Shown: positions 1 through 13,299 of the stretch, in pieces
Numbering within the stretch: the first letter of the stretch is position 1
How the letters are laid out: each line of letters starts with the position of its first letter
Source of the DNA: Pristiophorus japonicus
Taxonomy: Eukaryota
Direction: 5' to 3'
DNA: 64,000 nucleotides
Assembly (NCBI RefSeq): GCF_044704955.1
Contig: NC_091984.1
Location: 147,746,001 to 147,810,000, forward strand
The notes under the pieces: model-generated
Seen by the model: only the letters and a program-made list of their open reading frames with translations
Told to the model about the DNA's origin: nothing
Databases searched by the model: none
Position numbers and translations under genes: made by a program

Positions 1-707
1 GAGTGGGACTAATTGGGTAATTCTTTCAAAGAGCCGGCACAGGCACGATGGGCCGAATGGCCTCCTTCTGTGTTATAAGATTCTAGGCTGTGTGCGCGGT
101 TCACAGTTTTCTCCCGTGTCATTAACAAACGTACAGCTGTGACAACCTCCCTCTTTCACTTCCTCTGTGGGTGAAGTTTCATTCTTCTGATCTGACAATC
201 TCTTCAGTTATTTTTTGCACGGGGGATTTCTGCTGTGGTCTGAGTCTCTAATAATAACTGTCCAATAAGGCAGAATAACAGCAGCTCGGACCGGCTCGGA
301 CAGCGGACCCAGGCTCAGTGCTGACCCTGCAACGTCCTCCTCACCAACATCTGGGGACTTGTGTCAAAAGTGGGAGAGCTGCCCCACAGACTAGTCAAGC
401 ACCAGTTTGACATAGTCCTACTCACAGAATCATACCTTTCAGCCAATGTCCTACTGCACCCCCACCACTGACCTTCCTGCCTCCAAAATCCGTGAATCCT
501 GAAACAGGAACCCGTTTGAAGAACAGTTTGTATTGAAGTTCTGGGTGTGAAAGAGTCTTTGCTGAGAAAACAATCACGATCACGAGAGAAAAAGTTACTC
601 GGTAAAATAATGGAACTAAAGGTGGACAAGTACCCTGTACCTGATAGCCTGCATCCTAGGCTCTTAAATGAAGTGGCTGCAGAGATAGTGGATGCATTGG
701 TTGAAAT
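1..707 (+). repeat. Segmental duplicate of the cluster 5' flank (direct copy at about 55159-55865; 1-440 also inverted at about 9880-10304)
   Basis: Shared non-TE text such as cacagttttctcccgtgtcattaacaaacgtacagctgtgacaacctccctctttcacttcctct in all three places. Confidence 0.9.
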
Positions 708-2381
708 GCATCAGAGGGTCTAGTGAGGAGGAGGAACTGAAGGATATCCTTGTTCGGCGGGAAATTGTGTAAGTGAAATTGATGGGATTGAAGGCCGGTA
801 AATCCCCGGGGCCTGATAGTCTGCATCCCAGAGTACTTAAGGATGTGGCCCTAGAAATAGCGGATGCATTTGTGATAATTTTCCAACAGTCTACTGACTC
901 TGGATCAGTTCCTTTGGACTGGAGGGTAGCTAATGTAACACCACTTTTTAAAAAGGGAGGGAGAGAGAAAGTGGGTAATTATGGACCGGTTAGCCTGACA
1001 TCAGTAGTGGGGAAAATGTTGGAATCAATTATTAAGGATGAAATAGCAGCGCAATTGGAAAGCAGTGACAGGATTGGTCCAAGTCAGCATGGATTTATAA
1101 AGGGGAAATCATGCTTGACAAATCTTCTGGAATTTTTTGAGGATATAACTGGGAGAGTAGACAAGGGAGAACCAGTGGATGTGGTGTATTTGGGCTTTCA
1201 AAAGGCTTTTGACTAGATCCCACACAGGAGATTGGTGTGCAAAATCAAAGCACTTGGTATTGGGGGTAATATACTGACGCGGATAGAGAACTGGTTGGCA
1301 GACAGGAAGCAGAGAGTCGGGATAAATTGGTCCTTTTCAGAATGGCAGGCAGTGACTAGTGGAGTGCCACAGGGCTCAGTGCTGGGACCCCAGCTCTTTA
1401 CAATATACATCAATGATTTGGATGAAGGAATTGAGTGTAATATCTCCAAGTTTGCAGATGACACTAAACTGGGTGGCAGTGTGAGCTGTGAGAGGGACGC
1501 TAGGAGGCTGCAGGGTGAATTGGACAGGTTAGGTGAGTGGGCAAATGCATGGCAGATGCAGTATAATGTGGATAAATGTAAGGTTATCCACTTTGAGGGT
1601 AAAAATGCGAAGACAGAATATTATCTGAATGGAGGCAGATTTGGAAAAGGGGAGGTGCAACGAGACCTGGGTGTCATGGTTCATCAGTCATTGAAAGTTG
1701 GCATACAGGTACAGCAGGCGGTGAGGAAGGCAAATGGTATGTTGGCCTTCATTGCTAGGCGATTTGAGTACAGGAGCAGGGAGGCCTTACTGCAGTTGTA
1801 CAGGGCCTTAGTGAGGCCTCACCTGGAATATTGTGTTCAGTTTTGGTCTCCTAATCTGAGGAAGGACGTTCTTGCTATTGAGGGAGTGCAGCGAAGGTTC
1901 ATCAGACTGATTCCCGGGATGGCTGGACTGACATATGAGGAGAGACTGGATCAACTGGGCCTGTATTCACTGGAGTTTAGAAGGATGAGATGGGATCTCA
2001 TAGAAACATATAAAATTCTGACGAGACTGGACAGGTTAGATGTGGGTAGAATGTTCCCGATGTTGGGGAAGTCCAGAACCAGGGGACACAGTCTTAGGAT
2101 AAGGGGTAGGCCATTTAGGACTGCGATGAGGAGAAACTTCTTCAATCAGAGAGTTGTTAACCTGTGGAATTCCCTGCCGCAGAGATTTGTTGATGCCAGT
2201 TCATTAGGTATATTCAAGAGGGAGTTAGATATGGCCCTTACTGCTAAGGGGATCAAGGGATATGGAGAGAAAGCAGGAAAGGGGTACTAAGGGAATGATC
2301 AGCCATGATCTTATTGAATGGTGGTGCAGGCTCGAAGGGCCGAATGGCCTACTCCTGCACCTATTTTCTATGTTTCTATGT
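708..2381 (+). mobile_element. 5'-truncated CR1 LINE (RT domain and 3' UTR) nested in an older CR1
   Basis: [30 protein letters not shown] motifs; tttctatg tail; one in-frame stop near 1214. Confidence 0.92.
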
Positions 2382-3840
2382 AAATCTACCAAAGTTCCCT
2401 AGATTCTGGAGATGTCCCAGCAGATTGGAAAACCGCAAATATAACGACCCTATTTAAAAAAGGAAGGAGACAGAAAACAGTAAACTATCGACCAGTTAGC
2501 CTAACATCTGTCATTGGGAAAATGCTGATGTCCATTATTAAGAAAGCAGTAATAGGACATTTGGAAAAGCATAATTCAGTCAAGCAGAGTCAGCATGGAC
2601 TTATGAAAGGGAAATCATGTTTGACACATTTGCTGGAGTTCTTTGAGGAAATAATGTGTAGGGTGGATATGGGGGAACAAGTGGATGCAGTGTATTTGGA
2701 TTTCCAGAAGGGATTCAATAAGGTGCCACATAAAAGAATACCGGACACGATAAGAGAAAATGGGGTTGGTGCTAATATATTAGCATGGTTAGAGGATTGG
2801 CTAACTAACAGAAAACAGAGAGTCAAGATAAATGGGTCATTTTCTGGTCGGCAACCAGTAACTAGTGGGGTTTCACAGGGATCGGTGTTGGGGCCTCACC
2901 TATTTACAATCTATATTAATAACTTGGATGAACGGAATGAGTGTAAAAAATCGAAGAGCAAATTATTATTTAAATGGAGAAAGATTACAAAATGCTGTAG
3001 TACAGAGGGACTTGGGGGCCCTTGTGTATGAAACACAAAAAGTTAGTATGCAGATACAGCAAGTAATCAGGAAGCAAATGGAATGTTGGCCTTAATTGCA
3101 AGGGGGATGGAGTATAAAAGCAGAGAAGTCCTGCTACATCTGTACAGGGTATTGGTGAGACCACACCGAGAGTACTGTGTACAGTTTTGGTCTCTTTATG
3201 TAAGGAGGGATATATTTGCACTGGAGGCAGTTCAGAGAAGGTTCACAAGGTTGTTCCTGAGATGAAGGGGCTGACTTATAAAGAAAGGTTAAGCAGGTTA
3301 ATCAGAACATAAGAAATAGGAACAGGAGTAGGACATACGGCCCCTCCGCCATTAAATAAGGTCATGGCTGATCTGATCATGGACTCAGCTCAACTTCCAC
3401 GCCCGCTCCACATATTCTTGTAAACTCCAAAGAGTATGAGAGGTGAACTTATTGAAACATATAAGATTCTGAGGGGGCTCGACAAGATGGATGCAGTGAG
3501 GATGTTTCCACTCATAGGGGAACCTAGAACGAGCGGGCAGAGTTTAAGTATAAGGGGGCGGTCATTTGGAACTGAGATGAGGAGGAATTTCTTCTCTCAG
3601 AGGGTTGTAAATCTGTGCAATTCTCTGCCCCAGAGAGCTGTGGAGGCTGGGTCATTGAATATATTGAAGGTGGCGATAGACGGATTTTTGAACGATAAGG
3701 CAGTAAAGGGTTCTGGGTAGCAGGCAGGGAAGTGGAGCTGAGCCCATTATCAGATCAGCCATGATCTTATTGAATGGCGGAGCAGGCTCGAGGGGCCAAA
3801 TGGCCGAGTCCTGCTCCGATTTCTGATGTTCTTATGATTC
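2382..3840 (+). mobile_element. Decayed CR1 LINE (continuation of about 560-707)
   Basis: Fragmented RT ORFs (QHG..KGKSCLT, QGSVLGP) and ttcttatg-type tail. Confidence 0.88.
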
Positions 3841-4321
3841 TTTGGCCTAGAATTTCCCCGGTCTAGCACCAGCCAATAAGAGGGTTTTGTTCAAATAATC
3901 GCAGCCGCCTTGCTTGCGGCCCGGGACACGTCATCCACCATTTTGGTAAGGGCCTTACCGCTGTTGTTGGCAGCACTCGCCTCACAATGAGGATTGTCAG
4001 ATGGTGACACCAATGCCTGGCTCGAGCCATGACTGTTAATTGGGGCGTTTGCGCTCACCATATGGCCCTGCCCTAAGCACACACAGAAAAGCAGGCGTGA
4101 AGCAGCCCCGCACAGATGCTGTTGGTGCTTCTTAACGAGCCACACATCTTTCAGGTATGTTTGTATTTAAGCTCTGGTCTGTTTTAAACAATATATTTTA
4201 TGGAAGTAGTAGCTTGGTGCAATAAATGTTAAATATTTTCTCAGTGTGCAGGGAATGCAAGGGGTGCTGCTGGACGTGTTCAAGGCCTTGGGTGGTAAAG
4301 AAAGGTCCCTGGAAAGACTGA

Positions 4322-4425
4322 AAATGCTGGAAATACTCAGCAGGTCAGGCAGCATCCATGGAGAGAGACAGAATTAACGTTTCAGCTCAAGCTGTTGTCT
4401 GACCTGCTGAGTATTTCCAGCATTT
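4322..4425. repeat. Inverted repeat with perfect 27-bp arms (palindromic interspersed element)
   Basis: 4322-4348 is the exact reverse complement of 4399-4425. Confidence 0.9.
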
Positions 4426-5074
4426 ACTGTCTTTATTTCAGATTTCCAGCTTCTGCTCGCAAAGGGAGGAGGAGGAAGTGGAAGGAAGGAGGCAACCCAG
4501 ACAGCCACTTTCTGGCCGGGATATCCGGGATCGAATCATCCGCCTGTGGTCCCAGTGACCACATCCCCAATCCCTTTTCAACATGAGTCCCATACTTTAC
4601 CGTCCCTCTGTTACTGACCATCACAGCGTCCTCTTGGCCACAGTGCTGAAATAAAATCGTGAATCTTCGGAAATCTCTATTCCAGAGAGCTGTGGAGGCT
4701 GGGTCATTGAATATATTTAAGATGGAGATAGACAGATTCTTGAACTACGGGGAGTCACGGGTTGTGGGGAACAGGTGGGGAAGTGGAGTTGAGGCCAAGA
4801 TCAGATCAGCCATTACCTTATTGAATGGTGGACCAGCTCTAGAGGCCGTACGGCCCACTCCTGTTCCTTTTCCTTATATTCTTGTGTATGAGTCCTGATT
4901 GCTGGAGTTTGTTGGTAGGTGGGTGATAGGGGCGTGGTGCATTGAGCAGCGTGTGAGGCTAGTGGTGCTGTTGGTGGGACACGGACTTTGAAGATGAATT
5001 CTCTGACCTTGACCACTCCGTTAGGTCATTGAACATTTGGTGGCACTGCATCCAGGTCCTCAGGTCCTGGTCTC

Positions 5075-6150
5075 ACTGCCTTTGAAACGTTTGTCTGGTG
5101 CAGCCTCCTCGCCCCCTTGGATAGAGAACATCTCTACCCCCTCTGCACCTCCTCGCTTGGTGGCAACACTGTTTCAGACCCTGATGAGTTCCTGGTAAAA
5201 GACATGCAGCCCCGCATGGTGCTCCTGATGCCCCCAGGCTCACAAACAGGAGCTGCGTGTCATAATTGAGGCAGTAATGCTGGCGGAAGAAATATGTCAT
5301 CAGCGCACACCATCTAGGAAGGGGCTCGACGTACAGGTATCTCTGCAGGATCTGAAGACGGAAAGTCGCATGCTGGGTACTGACGCACACCAACGCCTGA
5401 CCGCCCTCCCTAAGTAGGAGACGCAGAACCACAGCAGAGACCCAGTGCTTCCTGTTATCCAGAAGAAGTCCACCAGCTTCTTCTGTATCTTGGCGACAAA
5501 AGCAGGGCGGGGGGGGGGGCAAAGTGACCAGCCAGTACCACAGCATAGCGGCCACTAGCTGGTTTATGACTCGCGCTCAACCCCTGTAGGACAGCACTTG
5601 GAACAGTCCTGTCCAGCGCCCTCGGCGAGCGGCAACTTTGTCCTCCAGCTCCTGGCAGTTCACCGGCCAGGCTTCCTCATCAGGGCTAAGGTAGACTCCC
5701 ACATAGAGGAGATGGGTCATGCTCCAGGCAAAAGACCTGCACTCCTCTGGCAGGGAGTTCATCTGCCAGTGACCGACCAGGGGTCCGGAACATTTCTCCC
5801 AATTGATCCTGGCGGAGGATGCGGCCGAGTAAATCTCCTGGCACTCATGCATCCTCAGTAGGTCAATGGGATCCTCGACCATGAGGAGCACATCATCAGT
5901 GTAAGCCGAGAGGACAACCTCCACGCCCGGCCCTTACAGAGCCAGTCCCGTCAACCTCTTCCGCAAGAGGCGCAGGAAAGGCTCCACGCAGATGACATAT
6001 AACTGGCCAGGCATTGGGCATCCCTGGCACACCCCTTTCCCAAAGCGAAGGGACGCCGTCAAAGATCCGTTAACCTTAATCAGACAATCCATGGCGGCGT
6101 ACAAAAGTCAGATCCGGGCGACGAATGTTTCCCAAACCCGAAAGCATGCA
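5075..6150 (-). mobile_element. Tx1/L1-clade LINE ORF2 fragment
   Basis: G..QGCP..GQLY, SAYTDDV and SSARINWEK motifs; same family as 24236-26160. Confidence 0.8.
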
Positions 6151-6151
6151 G

Positions 6152-7280
6152 AGCCTCTCTGGCTACAGGTGTGGTGCCGGAGGACTGGAGGACTGCTAAT
6201 GTTGTACCTTTGTTTAAAAAGGGAGAAAGGGATAGACCGAATAATTACAGGCATGTCAGCCTAACCTCAGTGGTGGGGACATTATTGGAAAAAATCCTGA
6301 GGGACAGGATAAATCTTCATTTAACAAGACACGGATTAATCAAGGACAGTCAGCATGGATTTGTTAAGGGAAGATCGTGTCTGAATAAAGTGCATTTTTT
6401 GAGGAGGTAACCAGGAGGATTGATGAGGGCAGTGCATATGATGTAGTGTGTATGGATTTTAACAAGGCTTTTGATAAGGTCCCACATGGCAGACTGCTCA
6501 TGAAAGTAAAAGCCCATGGGTTTCAGGGCAAAGTGGCAAGTTTGATCCAAAATTGGTTCAAAGGCAGGAATCAAAGGGTAATAATTAACGGGTGTTTTTG
6601 TGACTGGAAGGCTGTTTCCAGTGGGGTTCTGCAGGGCTCAGTACTAGGTCCCTTGCTTTTTGTGGTATATATCAATGACTTGGACTTGAATGTAAGGGGC
6701 ATGATCAAGAATTTTGCAATTGAAACTAAAATTGGCCATGTGGTTGATAATGAAGAAGAAAGCTGTAGACTGCAGGAAGATATCAATGAAATGGTCAGGT
6801 GGGCAGAACAGTGGCAAATGGAATTCAATCCGGAGTAGTGTGAGGTAATGCATTTGGGGAGGGCTAACAAGGCAAGGGAATACACATTAACTGGTACGAC
6901 ACTGAAAAGTGCAGAGAAACAAAGGGACCTTGGAGTACAGGTCCACAGATTCCTGATGGTAGCAGGTCAGGAAGGTAAGATGGTTAAGAAGGCATATGGA
7001 ATACTTGCCTTTATTAGACGAGGCATGAATACAAGAGCAAGGACATTATGCTTGAACTGTATAAAACACTGGTTAGGCCACAGCAGGAGCACTGCGTGCA
7101 GTTCTGGTCACCACATTACATTACAAGAAAGATGTGATTGCACTGGAAAGGGTGCAGAGGATGCAGAGGTTACAGGGCTACGGACAGAGAGCTGGAAAGT
7201 GGGATGAGGCTGGATAGCTCTTGGTTGGCCGGTGTAGGCCGAAACGGATTCCCTCCGTGCTGTGAATTTCTATGATTCTA
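6152..7280 (+). mobile_element. Decayed CR1 LINE
   Basis: PEDWRTANVVPLFKKG, DFNKAFDKVPH, QGSVLGP. Confidence 0.88.
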
Positions 7281-8479
7281 TCATGGACAGATGCATCTAC
7301 AACAGGCAGATCCTGAAGGGTGGAAGATGCCTGTGCGTGGATTTTTTTTAACATGTGGTGACCGTTGCACACCAGCCTTCACACGGGCTCGACAGAGCTA
7401 GGTCTTGGTCCAGTGGCAAGGGTTAACCAGGACGACTGGAGACCTGCTCTGCTGTACGGACCGAGTGTGCACACATATCGCAGTGTGGGCTGGCCCGTGC
7501 TACCCCTGGGCCCCTGGCCACACCCCCACAACACTCTGGGTGAAGAAATTTCCCCTCAAGTCCCCTCTAATCACTTTAAATCTATGCCCCCTGATTGTTG
7601 AGCTGGAGGAGGAAATTCAGAAACTCCAACGCTGAGTTCAAGCACAGACCATTGCTTCCTTGCGTATGAATTGAAGCATAATTAAAGTTACATGCTCTGT
7701 GAAGATTTTGTTCATGGGAATAAAACTTATTTTATTGTAGGAGAGAGCAATTTCAGGTAATATTTGTGTGTCTGGCTAACAGAAATAGGTCCATCCTACC
7801 AACTCTTTCCAGGCCCCTCATAATTTTATACACCGCAATCAGGTCTCCCCTCAGCCTCCTCTGTCCAAAGAAAACAAACCCAGCCTATCCCATCGTTCCT
7901 CATAGTTAAAATTCTCCAGTCCAGGCAACATCCTCATATATCCTCTCTACCCTCGGGTTAACGTCTCATCCGAAGAAATCGTACTGTTAATTAAACACTG
8001 AAGACGAGAACTTTGAAGTGTTGGGAATACTCAATGTATCAAGACAGGAACATTGTAAACATTGATTGTGACATCATGCACTCACAACCTCCCCATAGTA
8101 TGCACAATGTGAGCACCAGACCCGAGGACAGAACCCAAGGAGATGTGCCCAGCACCAATCCAGAACAATGATCAATGTAAAGCCAAAGCTGAATGTTATC
8201 AGGGCTGCTTTGCCGATGATTGCCCTGTGATCGCGGGCACCAGCAGCACACACACCTCTTGTGGGTACAGTCGTGTTGTGGTTATGTTGCTGCAGAGCAC
8301 TCCACAGGCCTGCACTAATAATCCCCACAATCTCACCATGGCCCTTTGACTATTTCAATTCAGCTCTTTTTAAATTCTGGAAATAAAAAGCTGGTCTCAG
8401 TAAAAGTGACCACAAAGCTGTCAAATTGTCACAAAAGCCCAATTGGTTCAGTGACATCCTTTAGGGAAGGAAACCTGCC

Positions 8480-9990
8480 GTCCTTGCCACATAAAAGGTT
8501 ACTGCCCAAGATAAGAGCTCACGGGGTTGTGGGTAATATATTAGCATGGATAGAGGATTGGCTAACTAACAGCAAACGGAGAGTCGGGATAAATGGGTCA
8601 TTTTCAGATCGGCAATCTGTAACTAGTGGGGTGCCGCAGGGATCAGTGCTGGGGCCTCAACTATTTACAACCTATATTAATGACTTGAATGAAGGGACCG
8701 AGTGTAATATAACCAAATTTGCTGATGTACAAAGATAGGTGAGAAAGCAAGTTGTGAGGAAGACACAAAGATTCTGCAAATGGATATAGACAGGCTGAGT
8801 AAGTGGACAAAGATTTGGCAGATGGAGTATAATGTTGGAAAATGTGAAGTTATCCACTTTGGTAGGAAAAATAAAAATTATTATTTAAATGGGGAGAGAT
8901 TACAAAATGCTGTGGTACAGTTCATTGATATCTTCCTGCAGTCTACAGCTTTCTTCTTCATTATCAACCATAGCCGAGTTTAGTATCATCTGCAAACTTA
9001 GTATCATCTGTAATCATTCTCCCTACATTCAAGTCTAAATCATTGATATATACCACAAAAAGCCAGGGACCCAGCACTGATCCCTGCCGAGCCCCACTGG
9101 AAACAGCCTGCCAGTCACAAAAACACCCATCAACCATTACCCTCTGCTTCCTGCCTCTGAACCAATTTTGGATCCAACTTGTCACTTTGTCCTGGATCCC
9201 ATGGGCTTTGTGACCAATCTGCTGTGTGGGACCTTCTCAAAAGCCTTGTTGAAATCCAAATACACTGCATCATATGCACTGCCCTCATCAACCCTCCTGG
9301 TTATCCCCTGAAAAAATTCAATCAAGTTATTCAGACACAACCTTCCCTTAACAAATCCATGCTGACTGTCCTTGATTAATCCGTGCTTTGTTAAATGAAG
9401 ATTCCTCCTATCCCGCCCCCGAGGTTAGGCTGACTGACCTGTAGTGACTCGATCTATCCCTTGCTCCCTTTTTAAACAAAGGTACCACGTTTGCAGTCCT
9501 CCAGGCCCCCGGTACCTGGGATTGCAATGTCAGCATCGCCCCTCTCGGCCAGCTCGGTCAGTAGTGGTGCTACCGAGACACTCTTGGTGATGGACAGTGA
9601 AGTCCCCCACCCAGAGTACATTCTGTGCCCTTGCTACTCTCAGTGCTTCTTCCAAGTGGTGTTCAACATGGAGGAGTACTGATTCATCAGCTGAGGGAGG
9701 GCGGGAGGTGGTAATCAGCAGGAGGTTTCATTGACCGTGTTTGACCTGATGCCATGAGACTTCATGGGGTCCGGAGTCAATGTTGAGGACTCCCAGGGCC
9801 ACTCCCTCCCGACTGTGTACCACTGAGCTGCCACCTCGGGTGATGGAGGAGTCTGGGACATTGGCTGAAAGGTATGATTCTGTGAGTAGGACTATGTCAG
9901 GCTGGTGCTTGACTAGTCTGTGGGGCAGCTCTCCCACTTTTGACACAAGTCCCCAGATGTTGGTGAGGAGGACGTTGCAAGGTTAGCACT
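8480..9990. mobile_element. Mosaic of CR1 RT fragments in both orientations plus a LINE endonuclease fragment (-)
   Basis: [14 protein letters not shown] on both strands; PDIVLLTESYL APE motif at 9728-9946. Confidence 0.8.
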
Positions 9991-10837
9991 GAGCCTGGGT
10001 CTGCTGTCCTAGCCGGTCCGAGCTGCTTTTATTCTGCCTGATTGGACGGTTATTATTAGAGACTCAGACCACAGCAGAAATCCCCCGTGCAAAAAATAAC
10101 TGAAGAGACTGTCAGATCGGAAGAATGAAACTTCACCCACAGAGGAAGTGAAAGAGGGAGGTTGTCACAGCTGTACGTTTGTTAATGACACGGGAGAAAA
10201 CTGTGAACCGTGCTAACAGCCTCGAATCTTACAGCACAGAAGGAGGCCATTCGGCCCATCATGCCTGTGCCGGCTCTTTGACAGAATTACCCAATTAGTC
10301 CCACCCCCCCTCTCTTTCCCCGTAACCCAGCAAATTGATCCTTTTCAAGTATATATCCAATTCCCTCTTGCAGACCTGGGCCCACAGCATTAGACTGCCC
10401 CTAACCTGGGCACAACATTGGCATCTCATTCATTCACTGGGGCAGGAAATGCCTGGTGTATGAAATGAAGTCCAGGGCTCTGAACATTCCCTCTCCTCTC
10501 CTCTCCTCTCATGCTGGGGTCCAGTTCCATGGGCCCCGACAGCACATTCTGACCTCACCTACTTCCTCATTCCACGTGTGTAAGCCTGGACCCTATCACC
10601 AGGATATCTGACTGCAGGAGGCCTCACCACTGTGTCCAGCACTGTCCTCACCCGAAATCCACACACAGTCTGCATTGATCTGGGGCCTTTAACGTGCCAA
10701 AGGTCACAAGACACTTCACATCGCTGCTGTAAGAACGTGGGGAGCGGGGGTTCGGGGGGCTTTAGGAAGGGTGATTGAAGGCCTGGGTGAAAGGATGGCG
10801 TTAGATGGAGGAGAGAGAGCTGGAGAGGGGGAGGGAT

Positions 10838-13290
10838 TAGAACATAAGAAATAGCAGGAGTAGGCCTACGGCCCCTCGAGCCTGCTCCGCCTTTTAATAT
10901 GATCATGGCTGATCCGATCATGGACTCAGCTCCACTTTCCTGCTTGCTCTCCATAACTCCTTATTCCCTTATCGGTTAAGAAACTGTCTATTTCTGTCTT
11001 AAATTTATTCAATGACTCATCTTCCACAACTCTCTGAGGCAGCGAATTCCACAGATTTACAACCCTCAGAGAAGAAATTCCTCCACATTTCAGTTTTAAA
11101 TGGGTGGCCCCTTATTCTAAGATTATGCCTCCTAGTTCTTGTCTCCCCTATCAGTGGAAACAGCCTCTGCATCCACCTTGTCAAGCACCCTCATAATCTT
11201 ACATGTTTCGATAAGATCACCTTTCATTCTTCTGATTTCCATTCAGTATAGGCCCAACCTACTCAACCTTTCCTCATAAGTCATTGCCCTCATCTACGGA
11301 ATCAACCTAGTGAACCTTCTCTGAATGCCTCCAAAGCAAGTGTATCCTTTCTTAAATATGGAAACCAAAACTGCACGCAGTATTCCAGTTGTGGCTTCAC
11401 CAATACCCGGTATAACTGTAGCAAACACTTCCTTGCATTTATACTCTATCCCCTTTGCAATAAAGGCCAAGATTGCATTGGCCTTCCTGATCACTTGCTG
11501 AACCTGCTTAATAACCTTTTGTGTTTCATGCACCAGGACCCCCAGTTCCCGCTGTACTGCAACACTTTGTTATTTTTCTCCATTTAAATAAAAACTTGCT
11601 CTTTGATTTTTTTCTGACAAAGTTTATAACCTCACACTTTCCAACATTATATTCCATCTCCCAAATTTTTGCCCATTCACTTAGCCTGTCTATGTCCTTT
11701 TGCAGGTTTTTTGTTTCCTCCTCATACCTTGTGTTTACTCCTTTCTTTATATTGTCAGCAAACTTGGCTACATTACACTCGGTCTCTTCTTACAAGTCGT
11801 TGCTACAGATTGTAAATAATTAGGGTCCCAGCACTGATTCCTGCAGCATCCCACTAGTGACTGATTGCCAACCCGAGAATGAACCATTTATCACGACTCT
11901 GTTTTCTGTTAGTTAGCCAATCCTCTATCCATGTTTATATATTACCCCCAACTCCGTGAACTTTTATCCTGTGCCTTTAATGTGGCACCTTATTGAATGC
12001 CTTCTGGAAATCCAAATACACCACATCCACTGGTTCCCCTTTATCCACCCTGCTCATTACATCCTCAAAGAATTCCAGCAAATTTGTCAAACATGACTTC
12101 CCCTTCATGAATCCATTCTGACTCTGCCTGACTGAATTATGATTTTCCAAATGTCCTGCTACTATTTCTTTAATATTTTCCCAACTGTTCTATAGTTTCC
12201 TGTTTTTTGTCTGCATCCTTTTTTTAATATGGGCATTACATTTGCAGTTTTCCAATCTGCTGGGATCTCCCCAGAATCCAGGGAATTTCGGTAAATTACA
12301 ACCAATGCATCCACTATCCCTGTCGTTACTTCTCTTAAGACCCGAGAATGCAAGCCATCAGGTCCAGTGGATTTATCCGCCTTTAGTCCCATTATCTTAC
12401 TGAGAACCACCTCCTTAGTGATTGTGATTGTGTGAAGTTCCTCTCCCCCCGATAGACCCCTGACTATGCACTGTTGGGATATTTTTAGTGTCTTCTACTG
12501 TAAAGATTGCTGCAAAATATTTGCTCAGTGTTTTTGCCATCTCCATGTTCCCCATGTTCCCATGACTAATTCCCTGGTCTCGTCCTCTAAGGGACCAACA
12601 TTTATTTTATCCGCTCTTTTCCTTTTTATATACCTGTAGAAACTCTTGCTATCTGTTTTTATATTTTGTGCTAGTTTACTTTCATCTTCCATTTCTTAAT
12701 CATCTTTTTAGTCATTCTTTGCTGGATTTTAAAAGCTTCCCAGTCTTCTGTCCTCCCACTAATTTTGGCCACCTTGTATGCCCTTGTTTTTAAATTGGAT
12801 ACCGTCCTTTATTTCTTTAGTTAGCCACGGATGGCTATCTTTTCTTTTGCATCCTTTCCTCCTCACTGGAATATATTTTTCTTGAGAGTGATTAAATATC
12901 TCCTCAAATGTACGTCACTGTTCATTAACCGTCCTACATTTTAATCTATTTTCCCAGTCCACTTTAACCAACTCTGCCCTCATACTTTTGTAGTCTCCTT
13001 TATTTAATCTTAGTATACTAGTTTGAGATTCAACTTTCTCGCCCTCGATCTAAATTTGAAATTCAACCATGATATGTTCACTCATTCCAAGGGGATCGTT
13101 TACTGGGAGATTGTTTATTAATCCTGTCTCATTGCACAAGACCAGATCTAAGATAGCCTGCCCCCGGTTAGTTTCTTTACATACTGTACAAGGAACCCTT
13201 ATGCACTCGATCAACTCTTCTTCAAGGCTACCCTGACCAATTTGATTTGTCCAATCAATGTGCAGGTTAAAATCACCCACTACAATCATA
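10838..13290 (-). mobile_element. Decayed CR1 LINE ORF2 (APE end to 3' UTR)
   Basis: GDFNLHIDW, ILDLVLCN, KSTGPDG motifs; tail at 10838. Confidence 0.88.
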
Positions 13291-13299
13291 CCATGAGAA

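Noticed and set aside
773-2290. Long ORFs (also 36206-37240, 24465-25985) as host genes
   Set aside because: Truncated LINE ORF2 fragments with element tails and no exon structure
8039-8345. Short Cys-rich/hydrophobic ORFs in non-CR1 DNA
   Set aside because: No recognisable motif or splice support
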